64,000 nucleotides of DNA. Source: Eledone cirrhosa. Taxonomy: Eukaryota. Positions within the stretch are counted from its first letter, which is position 1; each line of letters opens with the position of its first letter. The position numbers were made by a program, and so were the translations under genes. The notes below the pieces were generated by a model, which saw only the letters and a program-made list of their open reading frames with translations, did not search any database and was not told the origin of the DNA. This document shows, in pieces, positions 12,976-26,790 of this stretch. The stretch lies in the NCBI GenBank assembly GCA_964016885.1, contig CAXHJY010001284.1, positions 1 to 64,000 on the forward strand. Reading direction: 5' to 3'.

Positions 12976-13250
12976 ATGATTTCTTTATTGGCCACAAGAG
13001 CTGACACCAAGAAAAACATTACAGACGGCACAGGACGGTACGATGTCGGTTTTGTACGTGTAAAGATTTTTATTATTTATATAAGAAAAGAAGAAAAAAA
13101 AAGACATAGCAACATATATATACATAAAAAATAAAAATGAAAATTGAAACAATGAAAAATTCCCCAATAGGGGGAAACCTCCGAGGGTTACTCGTGGCGA
13201 AAACAACACAAGACCACGGCCACCCTGACCACCAGGGCAAGCGCCCTCAT
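12976..13250 (-). mobile_element. 3' end of another LINE (L1/Tx1-like, tentative) with AATAAA and (TTA)n tail
   Basis: Minus strand ends cttgtggccAATAAAgaaatcattatc; homologous to 16746-16935. Confidence 0.55.
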
Positions 13251-13269
13251 TAATAATAATAATAATAAT

Positions 13270-16200
13270 TCAAACATTACATTACAATAAAACTTATGCT
13301 TATTTTTTTAGGTTTTTACCTATTTATTTGTTTATTTATTTATGTTCGTCTACAGCGTGATAGTGCCACAATAAAATCACCGGGGGTGATGAAATCACCG
13401 GTGGTTATGTAACCATACATTCACCAATCCTCGATATGAGTGTTTAAATGTCGAACCTAAACAGTTCGAATAACGGTGAAGTGGAGACTGGAATGACATG
13501 TGACAGACTCTCACCCAGCAGGTGCTCCCTGGCTCAGCAGCAGGGACCTAACTGTCATCCAAATACTTCTGGTGTTGGAGGAAGAAGAAGAAGGAAAGGG
13601 ACCAAAACCAACTGGACGAAAGAATTGAATAGAACTGTTATGCAATGTTATCTGAAGAGTAACCCCCAAGGAAAAAGGCTATAGGAAACGGATGCATAAC
13701 ATCTGGAACGAGATTGGTCTATTTAAATTAGATGAACAAAAATTGGCCGGGCAGGCTCGGGTAATAAGAACTAATGGATGGATAAGCGAGCTGGAACTGG
13801 AGGAACTGAGCAGAGAGATTAGGTTGGAAATGGAGAGTGAAGTAAGCCAGGCAAACGAGCCAGAGGGAAATGAAGGTGAAGAGGTTGAGGGAATGGAGGA
13901 ACCATCTGAAGCAGACAATGATCTGAATGCTGAAATAAATAATACCTGAAACAAAGATACGGCCATTGAGGAAATGAATGCTTACGGGCTAGGACAAGAT
14001 TTGGTTGATATCCTAAACTTAGTGGTAGATGAAATGAACAATGATAGTGGGAAACCTATGAACCTAAGATTTGTAGACAGGAAAAAGTTAAAAGAAATAA
14101 CAGCTAAGGTAAACAAAGTCATCCCATACCTTGAGGCGAGGAACCTTCACCAGTGCAACAATATCCTCAAAGCAACAGCAAATGCGGTGAGGAAATTAAT
14201 TGGCATAAAAACGACAGGAAACAACAAACAAGAAAGATCAGAACCTTGGTGGATGAAACGACTGAATGGTCAAATCAGGGAAATGAGAAATGACATTGGA
14301 AAGTTTGAGTCCCTACTGAATGGGATACTACAAAACATGGACACTAAAAATAGACTGGAAATAAAGTACAAAACTAGGAGGAAAAAGCTAAATATTATCA
14401 TAGAGGAACTGAAGCAACGCATTGTAGCAAAGAGCGCAAAGATTAGACGATACGAGAGCAGAGTCAGTCAGTATAGACAGAACCGCATGTTTGACAACAA
14501 CCAGAATATGTTGTTTGGACAGCTTGAAGGGAAAGAAAGAGGCAACGACTTGATCCCTGAGGCGGAACAAACTAAGACCTTCTGGAGAGGAATATGGGAG
14601 CAGGATGTTGAACATAATGATCAGGCAGTGTGGATTGAGACAGTACAAAAGGAGATTAGTGAACAGGCACACCAACAAACTGATTTGAGTATCACAGTTG
14701 AAACTCTTAACGGGCAGGCCAGAAAACTAACCAACTGAAAATCACCAGGCCCAGATGGTGTGCAAGGGTATATAGAGGAAATCTACCATCACCTCCCCAT
14801 AAACAACTTGTTACCGGACGAACAGAAAGGATGCCGAAAGAAGTCCCATGGTACAAAGGACCAGTTACTTATTGATAAGATGGTAATGAGGAATTGCAGG
14901 AGGAGACACACTGGTCTTGCCATGGGATGGATAGACTACAAAAAGGCATTCGACATGGTACCTCATTCTTGGATAATCAAAAGCCTAGAGATCTTCAGGG
15001 TGGCAGATAACATCAGACAGTTGTTGAGCAAAAGTATGACGTCCTGGAAAACGGGCGGAGAATCCTTGGGAGGCGTGAAGATCAAGAGAGGTATCTTCCA
15101 GGGAGATAGTTTGTCCCCTCTGTTGTTTGTCCTTGCCCTGATCCCCCTGACCATTATACTGCGAAAAGTGAGAGCAGGATACAAGTTGGGAAAGGGAGAG
15201 CTTACCATCAATCACCTCCTCTTCATGGACGATCTTAAGCTCTTCGAGAAGAGTGAGGAGGAGTTGGATGTGCTTGTTGACACTGTCCGTATTTTCAGCA
15301 ATGATATATGTATGGAATTTGGTATTAGTAATTGTGGATTCCTTGTGAGGAAGAGGGGTAAATTGAGCAGGAGCAACGGAATCCAGGTACCAACAGGTGA
15401 GATGATAAAGGAAATTGATACTGAAGAAGGATACAAATATTTAGGTGTTCTGGAAGCTGATGACACCAAGAACAAAAAATGAAGTAATTGATAAGATCTG
15501 AATACATTCGGAGAATAAGGAGCGTATTAAAGTCACATCTGAACAGTAGGAATGCCATAAGTGCAGTAAATTCTCAAGCTGTGTCTATTATTAGGTACAG
15601 TGCGGGAATTCTGAGATGGAATGTTGCTGAACAAAAAGAAATGGATAGGAAGAGAGGAAGCTATTGACTATCTACAACATGTTCCACAAGAGGAGTGATG
15701 TCGATAGACTCTACTTAAGGAGATCTGAAGGTGAAAGAGGTATTATCAGCATAGAGGACTGTGTTCAGATGGAGAAAAGCAACCTACACAAATACGTGAC
15801 TGATAGTAGGGAGCCAATGCTCAGAATTGTACTGAAGGAGAGGACAATAGACCAGGGGATGACCAAGGAGGAAATAACAAGGAGAAAGAGCCAACTTCAG
15901 GAAAAATCCCTTCATAGTACCTTCTTTGAGAAAACTGAATTTAGAGATCCATAGACATGGAACTGGTTGAAAATAGGAGACCTTAAAAAGGCTACAGAAG
16001 GAAGGCTAATGGCTGCGCAAGAGCAGGCCCTCAAAACGAAGTGGCTGAAACACCATATTTACAAGGAGGAGGCTAGCCGACTGTGCAGGATCTGTGGAGA
16101 GAGAAAGGAGACTGTAGCTCACATTGTATCCGAGTGTAAACACCTAGCCCAGACTCACTATAAAGGCTGGAGACATGATGTGATGGGCAGGGTGATCCAC

Positions 16201-16735
16201 TGGCACCTATGCAAAGTAAACAATTTACCACATTCTGAGAAGTGGTATGAACATAAGCCAGAGTCGGTGATGGAAAACCATCAGTTGAAGGTGCTGTGGG
16301 ATTTTAGGATACAGACGGACAAGAAACTGGAACAAAATAGACCTGGTGGTTTTGGACAAGGGAAAAAGATCGTGCCTGATTGTGGATGTGGCCTGCCCAT
16401 TCGACACGAGAGTACAAGAGAAGGAGAGGGAGAAAATTAACCGATACCAGGACTTAAAATGGGAAGTAAAAAGGATTTGGAACTGCCATGAGGTCAAAGT
16501 GGTCCCGATTGTCATAGGCGCACTAAGTACTATCTCAAAGAGTTTCCAAGGATGGTTAAGGAAAATTGGTCCCGCCCCGCTTTTTGGAACACGTCAAAAG
16601 GCATGCTTGCTGGGAACAGCAAGAACCCTCCGATACGTCCTGAATATCTGAGGCTGCAGGTAGTGGCTTGATATTCATTTCAACAAACTTTCCAGTAAAA
16701 TAACATCAATAACTGAGACTCAAAAGAACAATAAT
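13270..16735 (+). mobile_element. Near full-length, decayed R4/Dong-clade LINE of a second family, flanked by (TAA)n
   Basis: (TAA)n at 13249-13269 and 16729-16744; collinear N-terminal, RT and RLE fragments. Confidence 0.9.
13448..16651 (+). pseudogene. Fragmented RT/RLE ORF with several stops, frameshifts and deletions
   Basis: Fragments [84 protein letters not shown]. Confidence 0.9.
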
Positions 16736-16745
16736 AATAATAATG

Positions 16746-16935
16746 ATTTCATTTATTGGCCACAAGGGCTGACATATAGGGGACAATACAAAAGACTGGG
16801 ACAGTGGGGTTTTACAGAAAAATCGAGTAAACAATATGAATCACTATAACAAAGTAACAATAAAATTACAACAAGAAAAAATTCCCCAATAGGGGGGATG
16901 ACCACCCAGGGTTCGCTCAGGTACCCCACCAAACA
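16746..16935 (-). mobile_element. 3' end of the same LINE family as 12976-13250
   Basis: Shared tttattggccacaag.gctgaca and aaaaattccccaataggggg. Confidence 0.55.
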
Positions 16936-17244
16936 CTGAAGTAAGCTACATAAACTTAGAAATACAAGGAGACAAACATGAAAGTGAATCTCCACCAGAA
17001 TATTCTAGAAAATATTGAGATGAAGTCACAGAAGCTAAAGAATCACATAATCGAGTGAGTAAGCAGAGGCAGTCATATAACAGTTTTATGACAGGCAATA
17101 TCTTCCAAAACTCCAACCCACAAAGTCTAACATGAAAATCATTGATATATATATATAATAATTGTTTCTAATTTTGGCACAAGGCCAGCAATTACCCCAG
17201 CGCATTACTTGTACTTTATTTTATTGACCCCGTAAGAAGGAAAT

Positions 17245-18630
17245 GCCGTACTACAAGAATACCTTAGTATCTATGACCCTCAAGGTATAAATACACTAAA
17301 CTACATTATATACGCAACAGGACTAGCTGTGATTGAAAAATTAAAGATAAACATAAAAAAGAAAAACACTGGTAACAGACATAAAGAGTCTGCCTGGAAA
17401 ATAAAAATATAGAAGTAAATAGTGGTACTGAGATGAGACATTGTTGTACTTCATGAAATGTCGGGTCTAAATGTCAACCTTGAACAAAGGGAAAATGAAA
17501 TACAAAATAACAGACATACACAACAAATCAGAAATTAAAGAAACGTTCAGTTAAAAAGTACAAATGAAATCACAAATGTTAAGAACAAAATTTCATAGGC
17601 AAAATAATTGTTTCTACTTTTGGCACAAAGCCAGCAATTACCCAGTGCATTACTGGTACTTTATTTTATCGACCCCGTAAGGATGAAAGGCAAAGTCAAC
17701 CTCGGCGGGATTTGAACTCAGATCGTAAAGGGACGTAACTATGCTGGAAAGCATGGCGTCCGTCCCTCTACCGATACTGCCAACCCACCGCCCTGAACAG
17801 AGTTCAAAATAATGTCTATAATAATTTTTAGTTTGGATATTTTCTCTATATTTGAATCATATATATAGAAGTATGGTAGGTATATTTTAAAATATTTAAA
17901 AATATATAAAATACAATATATAACTCAGATCAGAAAGGGGTGTAACTTTGTGCTACAAGGCATGTTGTCCGACCCTCTACCGAGGCAAAATAATGTCTTC
18001 GAAACATGTCAAACTATAGAGGAATAAGAAAACGTGAAATAGAAATAACAGAACCACCCGCAATGAAAAAGTACAAAAATTCTTTGAAAAAATCCGGAGT
18101 AGTCCAAAGAAACACAATCGAAATGCTGAATGGATTGAACGACAGAAAGTACGTGTGAGGGATATACCAACACAAGAGTTGAGCTATATCACAAAAGAAA
18201 ACATCAAATTTGCTTTAACTAAATCTCAGAAATAGAAGTCACCTGGCTATGCCAAAGTAGCAAACTTTGGCTTCACCACCTTACATCTACACATAGTTTC
18301 ATGGCAAAAACTCTATCAAAAATTATGATTTCACCAATGGAGATGCCAGCCTGGATCACAGAGGGAATAACGTTTCTCTTATCCCAAAATAAAGAAACGA
18401 ATGAACTTAATAATTACAGACCAATAACATGCCTGCCAACCACATATGTCGAGAGAATGTGAAATATTGAAGCAAGTGTGGTCCCAATTGTAATAGAAGT
18501 ACTTGGGTCACTGATAGAAAACCTCAAGAAAAATCTTGATAGAATTGGAATCTGTCCTCGTATTATAGCATTGCAAAAAACAACTTCTGGTAACAACAAA
18601 TATCCTGCGGAAAGTATTGTCTATCTGATA
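17245..18630 (+). pseudogene. Heavily decayed R4/Dong LINE interrupted by SINEs
   Basis: Remnant peptides IYATGLAV..K...SAWKIK, KS..*KSPG, GIT, NYRPITCLPT, then a jump to VVPIVI..LG and LQKT. Confidence 0.7.
17608..17794 (-). mobile_element. tRNA-derived SINE (partial copies at 17161-17245 and 17923-17982)
   Basis: Family match. Confidence 0.9.
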
Positions 18631-18649
18631 GGGAGTCAAATGATTTTAA

Positions 18650-18866
18650 CCCTTTAGCATTCAAACCGGCTGTATCCGGCCAGAATTCTCTCACCTCTTT
18701 CTGTTCAAACTGGCTCTAAATGACTACTCATACTTATGTTAAGGTATTCTTCTCAAAATAAATATCATCAAAATCTCATAAATTGATATGTGAGATAATT
18801 ATGTGAAATAAAGTGTTTACCATGAAAATACAATAGTATATAGAGAGTAATGTAAATGCTAAAGGG
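18650..18866. mobile_element. piggyBac-type MITE
   Basis: TIR CCCTTTAGCATT/AATGCTAAAGGG; TTAA at 18646-18649 and 18867-18870. Confidence 0.85.
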
Positions 18867-19039
18867 TTAAGGGAGAGGGAATCAATGTTACTAAGGCCAT
18901 CGCTGAGCAAGTGAAGGATAATAATAATAATAATTTCGTTTCTGTATTTGTTTATGTACTTTTTTTGTGTCTTAAAACGTTTGTTGAAACAAATGTTGTT
19001 ATACTATTTTTATACTGCCAATTAAAACAAATATCATAT

Positions 19040-19250
19040 AATACAGAGCAAACGAGAAACACAGTAACAAGAAAAGTAATCACTGAGGAGGCTACAGAAT
19101 GTGTGACGAAAGAGCTTTGACAATCAACAGATAAACACCCACCCGGTTATTAAACTAACCGACTGAGAAATTATAATAATACATTGAAGTGAAACTCAAC
19201 AGGTGCGTGTGATTTTTATGGACAACTTGACCTCCCAAAGTATAACAATA
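19040..19250 (+). mobile_element. Old copy of PLE-type family C with decayed HHR (CTGAGGA 19083-19089)
   Basis: Matches 45105-45303 (cagaatgtgtgacgaaaga.ctttgacaat; tgacctcccaaagtataacaata). Confidence 0.7.
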
Positions 19251-19254
19251 ATAT

Positions 19255-22200
19255 CAATTTCTAATATAAATACAAGGCCATACATTTGAAAGAGTGTCAA
19301 TGAGTAAATGAACCCCAGGACTTGACTATTACTATGTTATCAACCCCAGGACTTGGCTACTACTATGTTATCAACCCCAGGACTTGGCTACTACTATATT
19401 ATCTACCCCAGGACTTGGCTACTACTATGTTATCTACCCCAGGACTTGGCTACTACTATGTTAACGACCCCAGGACTTGGCTACTACTATGTTATCTACC
19501 CCAGGACTTGGCTACTACTATGTTATCTACCCCAGGACTTGGCTACTACTATGTTATCTACCCCAGGACTTGGCTACTACTATGTTAACGACCCCAGGAC
19601 TTGGCTACTACTATGTTATCTACCCCAGGACTTGGCTACTACTATGTTATCTACCCCAGGACTTGGCTACTACTATGTTACCAACCCCAGGACTTGGCTA
19701 CTACTATGTTACCAACCCCAGGACTTGGCTACTACTATGTTATCTACCCCAGGACTTGGCTACTACTATGTTACCAACCCCAGGACTTGGCTACTACTAT
19801 GTTACCAACCCCAGGACTTGGCTACTACTATGTTATCTACCCCAGGACTTGGCTACTACTATGTTATCTACCCCAGCACTTGGCTACTACTATGTTATCT
19901 ACCCCAGGACTTGGCTACTACTATGTTACCAACCCCAGGACTTGGCTACTACTATGTTATCTACCCCAGGACTTGGCTACTACTATGTTACCAACCCCAG
20001 GACTTGGCTACTACTATGTTATCTACCCCAGCACTTGGCTACTACTATGTTATCAACCCCAGGACTTGGCTTCTACTATGTTATCTACCCCAGGACTTGG
20101 CTTCTACTATGTTACCAACCCCAGGACTTGGCTACTACTATGTTATCTACCCCAGGACTTGGCTACTACTATGTTATCTACCCCAGCACTTGGCTACTAC
20201 TATGTTATCGACCCCAGGACTTGACTACTACTATATTATCGACCCCAGGACTTGGCTACTACTATGTTATCTACCCCAGGACTTGGCTATTACTATGTTA
20301 TCGTCCCCAGGACTTGGCTACTACTATATTATCGACCCCAGGACTTGGCTACTACTATGTTACCAACCCCAGGACTTGGCTACTACTATGTTATCTACCC
20401 CAGGACTTGGCTACTACTATGTTACCAACCCCAGGACTTGGCTACTACTATGTTATCTACCCCAGGACTTGGCTACTACTATGTTATCTACCCCAGGACT
20501 TGGCTACTACTATGTTATCTACCCCAGGACTTGGCTACTACTATGTTACCAACCCCAGGACTTGGCTACTACTATGTTACCAACCCCAGGACTTGGCTAC
20601 TACTATGTTATCTACCCCAGGACTTGGCTACTACTATATTATCTACCCCAGGACTTGGCTACTACTATGTTACCAACCCCAGGACTTGGCTACTACTATA
20701 TTATCTACCCCAGGACTTGGCTACTACTATGTTACCAACCCCAGGACTTGGCTACTACTATGTTATCTACCCCAGGACTTGGCTACTACTATGTTACCAA
20801 CCCCAGGACTTGGCTACTACTATATTATCTACCCCAGGACTTGGCTACTACTATGTTACCAACCCCAGGACTTGGCTACTACTATGTTATCTACCCCAGG
20901 ACTTGGCTACTACTATGTTACCAACCCCAGGACTTGGCTACTACTATGTTATCTACCCCAGGACTTGGCTACTACTATGTTATCTACCCCAGGACTTGGC
21001 TACTACTATGTTATCTACCCCAGGACTTGGCTACTACTATGTTACCAACCCCAGGACTTGGCTACTACTATGTTACCAACCCCAGGACTTGGCTACTACT
21101 ATGTTATCTACCCCAGGACTTGGCTACTACTATATTATCTACCCCAGGACTTGGCTACTACTATGTTACCAACCCCAGGACTTGGCTACTACTATATTAT
21201 CTACCCCAGGACTTGGCTACTACTATGTTACCAACCCCAGGACTTGGCTACTACTATGTTATCTACCCCAGGACTTGGCTACTACTATGTTACCAACCCC
21301 AGGACTTGGCTACTACTATATTATCTACCCCAGGACTTGGCTACTACTATGTTATCTACCCCAGGACTTGGCTACTACTATGTTACCAACCCCAGGACTT
21401 GGCTACTACTATGTTACCAACCCCAGGACTTGGCTACTACTATGTTACCAACCCCAGGACTTGGCTTCTACTATGTTACCAACCCCAGGACTTGCCTACT
21501 ACTATGTTATCAACTCCAGGACTTGGCTACTACTATGTTATCGACCCCAGGACTTGGCTTCTACTATGTTACCAACCCCAGGACTTGCCTACTACTATGT
21601 TATCAACTCCAGGACTTGGCTACTACTATGTTATCGACCCCAGGACTTGGCTACTACTATGTTATCGACCCCAGGACTTGGCTACTACTATGTTACCAAC
21701 CCCAGGACTTGGCTACTACTATGTTATCGACCCCAGGACTTGGCTACTACTATGTTATCTACCCCAGGACTTGGCTACTACTATGTTATCGACCCCAGGA
21801 CTTGGCTACTACTATGTTATCGACCCCAGGACTTGGCTACTACTATGTTACCAACCCCAGGACTTGGCTACTACTATGTTATCGACCCCAGGACTTGGCT
21901 ACTACTATGTTATCTACCCCAGGACTTGGCTACTACTATGTTATCGACCCCAGGACTTGGCTACTACTATGTTATCAACCCCAGGACTTGGCTACTACTA
22001 TGTTATCGACCCCAGGACTTGGTTACTACTATGTCATCAACCCCAGGACTTGGCTATTACTATATTATCTACCCCAGGACTTGCCTACTACTATGTTACC
22101 AACCCCAGGACTTGGCTATTACTATGTTATCTACCCCAGGACTTGGCTACTACTATGTTATCTACCCCAGGACTTGGCTACTACTATGTTATCAACCCCA

Positions 22201-24200
22201 GGACTTGCCTACTACTATGTTACCAACCCCAGGACTTGGCTATTAATATGTTATCTACCCCAGGACTTGGCTACTACTATGTTATCTACCCCAGGACTTG
22301 GCTACTACTATGTTATCTACCCCAGGACTTGGCTATTACTATGTTATCTACCCCAGGACTTGGCTACTACTATGTTATCTACCCCAGGACTTGGCTATTA
22401 CTATGTTATCTACCCCAGGACTTGGCTACTACTATGTTATCAACCCCAGGACTTGGCTACTACTATGTTACCAACCCCAGGACTTGGCTATTACTATGTT
22501 ACCAACCCCAGGACTTGGCTATTACTATGTTATCGACCCCAGGACTTGGCTACTACTATGTTATCGACCCCAGGACTTGGCTACTACTATGTTATCGACC
22601 CCAGGACTTGGCTACTACTATGTTATCGACCCCAGGACTTGGCTACTACTATGTTATCTACCCCAGGACTTGGCTACTACTTTGTTATCTACCCCAGGAC
22701 TTGGCTACTACTATGTTATCTACCCCAGGACTTGGCTATTACTATGTTATCTACCCCAGGACTTGGCTACTACTATGTTACCAACCCCAGGACTTGGCTA
22801 TTACTATGTTACCAACCCCAGGACTTGGCTACTACTATGTTATCGACCCCAGGACTTGGCTACTACTATGTTATCTACCCCAGGACTTGGCTACTACTAT
22901 GTTATCTACCCCAGGACTTGGCTACTACTATGTTATCGACCCCAGGACTTGGCTACTACTATGTTATCTACCCCAGGACTTGGCTACTACTATGTTATCG
23001 ACCCCAGGACTTGGCTACTACTATGTTATCGACCCCAGGACTTGGCTACTACTATGTTATCTACCCCAGGACTTGGCTACTACTATGTTATCTACCCCAG
23101 GACTTGGCTACTACTATATTATGGACCCCAGGACTTGGCTACTACTATGTTATCGACCCCAGGACTTGGCTACTACTATGTTACCAACCCCAGGACTTGG
23201 CTACTACTATGTTATCTACCCCAGGACTTGGTTACTAATATGTTATCTACCCCAGGACTTGGCTACTACTATGTTATCTACCCCAGGACTTGGCTACTAC
23301 TATGTTATCTACCCCAGGACTTGGCTACTACTATGTTATCGACCCCAGGACTTGGCTACTACTATGTTATCGACCCCAGGACTTGGCTACTACTATGTTA
23401 TCAACCCCAGGACTTGGCTACTACTATGTTATCTACCCCAGGACTTGGCTACTACTATGTTATCGACCCCAGGACTTGGCTACTACGATGTTATCGACCC
23501 CAGGACTTGGCTACTACTATGTTACCAACCCCAGGACTTGGCTACTACTATGTTATCTACCCCAGGACTTGGCTACTACTATGTTATCTACCCCAGGACT
23601 TGGCTACTACTATGTTATCGACCCCAGGACTTGGCTACTACTATGTTATCGACCCCAGGACTTGGCTACTACTTTGTTACCAATCCCAGGACTTGGCTAC
23701 TACTATGTTATCAACCCCAGGACTTGGCTACTACTATGTTACCAACCCCAGGACTTGGCTACTACTATGTTATCGACCACAGGACTTGGCTACTACTATG
23801 TTATCAACCCCAGGACTTGGCTACTACTATGTTATCGACCCCAGGACTTGGCTACTACTATGTTATCTACCCCAGGACTTGGCTACTACTATGTTACCAA
23901 ACCCCAGGACTTGGCTACTACTATGTTATCTACCCCAGGACTTGGCTACTACTATGTTATCGACCCCAGGACTTGGCTACTACTATGTTATCTACCCCAG
24001 GACTTGGCTACTACTATGTTACCAAACCCCAGGACTTGGCTACTACTATGTTATCGACCCCAGGACTTGGCTACTACTATGTTATCGACCCCAGGACTTG
24101 GCTACTACTTTGTTACCAACCCCAGGACTTGGCTACTACTATGTTATCGATATTGGAAAGATGAAAACAAAAGGTAGCCTCTTAAGGATTGCACTGAGAA
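19255..24200 (-). mobile_element. Decayed SINE split by the minisatellite born inside it
   Basis: Left flank tttctaatataaatacaaggcc.. and right flank ..ggaaagatgaaaacaaaaggtagcctc..ggattgcactgagaac are collinear with the SINE at 10103-10320. Confidence 0.75.
19312..24150. repeat. 31-bp minisatellite, ~156 copies, consensus ACCCCAGGACTTGGCTACTACTATGTTATCT
   Basis: Direct; about 4839 bp / 31. Variation concentrates in the tatct/tacca/tatcg/tatca segment. Confidence 0.98.
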
Positions 24201-24252
24201 CTAAAACTAAAAACTACAAGGTATAGTGTCTGTTGGTCTACCGATTGTGCCA

Positions 24253-24273
24253 CTAGTAGTAGTAGTAGTAGTC

Positions 24274-24318
<45 letters not shown>

Positions 24319-24454
24319 TCAGTAGTAGTAGTAGTATCATCATCAGCAGTAGTAGTATTAGCAGCAGTAGCAGCAGCAGTAGCAGCAGCAGTATTAGTAG
24401 TAGCAGTAGCAGCAGCAGTATTAGTAGTAGTAGTAGTAGCAGCAGCAGTATTAA

Positions 24455-24510
<56 letters not shown>

Positions 24511-24551
24511 TAGCTGTAGCAGCATTACTACGTAGTAGTAGTATCATCATC

Positions 24552-24598
<47 letters not shown>

Positions 24599-24626
24599 CA
24601 GCATCAGTATTATTATTAGTAGTAGT
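24253..24626. repeat. (AGT/AGC)n trinucleotide tract
   Basis: Direct. Confidence 0.95.
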
Positions 24627-25519
24627 TTCTTCATCTGTACTCATCCCAACATCCTCAGATTCGCCATTGGTATTCTGTGTTAATTTGTCTTAAACTTTTT
24701 ATTTTCTTCTTCACCCCTTCATTTTTTTTCCTCTTCTTTGCTTTCTTCTCTCTTTTCATATATTTTTGTTTTAGTTTATTTTTGTTTTTTTATTGTTTCT
24801 TCCTCGCAATAGTCTTTTGTATTATTTCTTGTTTTATTTTCATCCACGATAAACGTAGGAAAATACTAGTGACACAAGAGAAAAGCCACCATTTTCCTCC
24901 GCATCACGCATCCTCACATGACGTCATCTTACGCATGCAATTGCACCTTAACCATCCTCCATTTTTATTCCTTCATATTTTTCTAAACTTCTTTTCTTTC
25001 TCTGTTTCTTTCTTATCTTCTTCTTTTCTTCTTTCTTTTTATATTTGTTTTTCTTTGGTTCATTTCATTTATTTCTGCGTTCGTGTCATTTTTTTTCATT
25101 TTTTGAAATTACTTTTTTTAAAGTTTTTTGTCAGTGGCGGTGGGGGAGGGGGGGTTATTTTGTTTACATTGTATGTTTGTTTCATTTGTGTGTGTGTGGG
25201 GGGGGTGAGAGGTGTTCATCCTTCCTTCTCCTTCTTTACTTAATTTTTTTTTTCACTCCTCTCATTTTAATTGCTACATTCTTTTTCTGAATTTAACTTT
25301 TTCGTTCATCTATTTTCGTTTTTGATTCTTTCACCCCCACCCCCTCTATTTTAATTTTGCATTTTCTTTTCTTTATCTCTTTCTAGACCCACTTCTTTAC
25401 TTCTTTTCTTTATTCATTCAATTCTTCTTTCGTTACTTCTTTCTTTCTTATATTTTAGTATTTTTATTTGTATTTTTCGATTTATTTCTTTAATATCCCT
25501 CATACACCCGATTCTCTAG

Positions 25520-25986
25520 AAATTTCTCTCTCCATCTTTTTCTCTCTCTCTCCCTCTCTCTCTCTTTCTCTTCGTCTCTTTACCTCTGTCTCAATCTCTT
25601 TCTCTTTACTTCTCTGCCTGTATCTCCCCATCTCTCTTTCTCTTTGCCCCTCTCTCTCTCTCTCTCTCTCCATCTCACTCTCTTTCCCTTTGCTTCTCCG
25701 CCTCAATGCATCTACCCCCTCTCTCTATCTTTCTCTCTCTTCGCCTGTCTATCTCTATCTCACTCTCTCTCTCTCCCTCTATCAAACTCTATATACACTC
25801 TCTCATAATTTCCATATTGTTGTGGATACTTCACTTTTTCCTTTCTTTTATTCTCTTATTCCACTTTCTTTCCATTTTCATTCATTCATTCAAATCCAGT
25901 CTTCGTTTTCCTTACATCCCCCCCCCCACTACTTTCCCCTCTCTCTCTTTCTTTATCTCTCTTTTTTCTCTCTCTCTTTCTCTTTA

Positions 25987-26018
<32 letters not shown>

Positions 26019-26095
26019 ACTTGCTCTCTCTTTCTATATCTCTGTCTCTTTTCTCTCCTCCTCCTCTCTTTCTATATGCCCTTCTCTCTCTCACT
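25520..26095. repeat. Pyrimidine-rich, CT-rich low-complexity tract
   Basis: Direct. Confidence 0.85.
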
Positions 26096-26546
26096 GACAC
26101 CTAGTTTTGTTTATTATCTCCTTCTATGGATTCTTTAGTTCTCTTGTCGTTTCCTCCAATGAAATTCAATTCATTTCATATTCGAGAAGGATCGCTCCAG
26201 AGAATTGTTGAATTCACGTCAAACAATGCAACACTCAACTATTGTTTAACAATATTTTATTTCTATTCTACGCCATTTTAGTTTCTTGCATTTTCTATAT
26301 TTGCTTCCAAACTACTACACACATTTCTCCCAAGAAAAGACCACGAAATATCCCCTCACTATCCACCATAACCCTTGCTCCTTCTAACGGAACTATTTCG
26401 ATTGCCAACTAGTTTGACATTGTATAACGTTAAAACTTTGTCATGCTGTTACCAACATCTACAAATACTGGCGTATTAGTCGTTCTAGCACTTTCCTTCT
26501 TTCTTCCTTTCTTTCTTCTCTTCGTTTACTCCTCATTCTGTAATGA

Positions 26547-26590
<44 letters not shown>

Positions 26591-26666
26591 ACCACAATCA
26601 GCCAAGTTATAAAAACCGAAATCTATCCTCTACATCTCACACAAATGTCAAATCGGACGATCTGGG

Positions 26667-26790
26667 ACAATGCATCCGCAGCAATGTATACAATGCATCC
26701 GGATACAATGCATCCGGATACAATGGATCCGTGTACAATGCATCTGAGGACAATGCATCCGGGTACAATGGATCTGAGGACAATGTATCC
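26667..26790. repeat. 15-bp minisatellite (~8 x caatgcatccggata)
   Basis: caatg.atc recurs every 15 bp or so. Confidence 0.9.

Noticed and set aside
19312-24150. CRISPR-like array
   Set aside because: No unique spacers and no cas genes; eukaryotic head-to-tail repeat.
19322-24226. Very long ORFs (up to 1603 aa) of repeating MLSTPGLGYYY..
   Set aside because: The 31-bp unit lacks + strand stops, so all three frames give the same peptide; the unit derives from a SINE.
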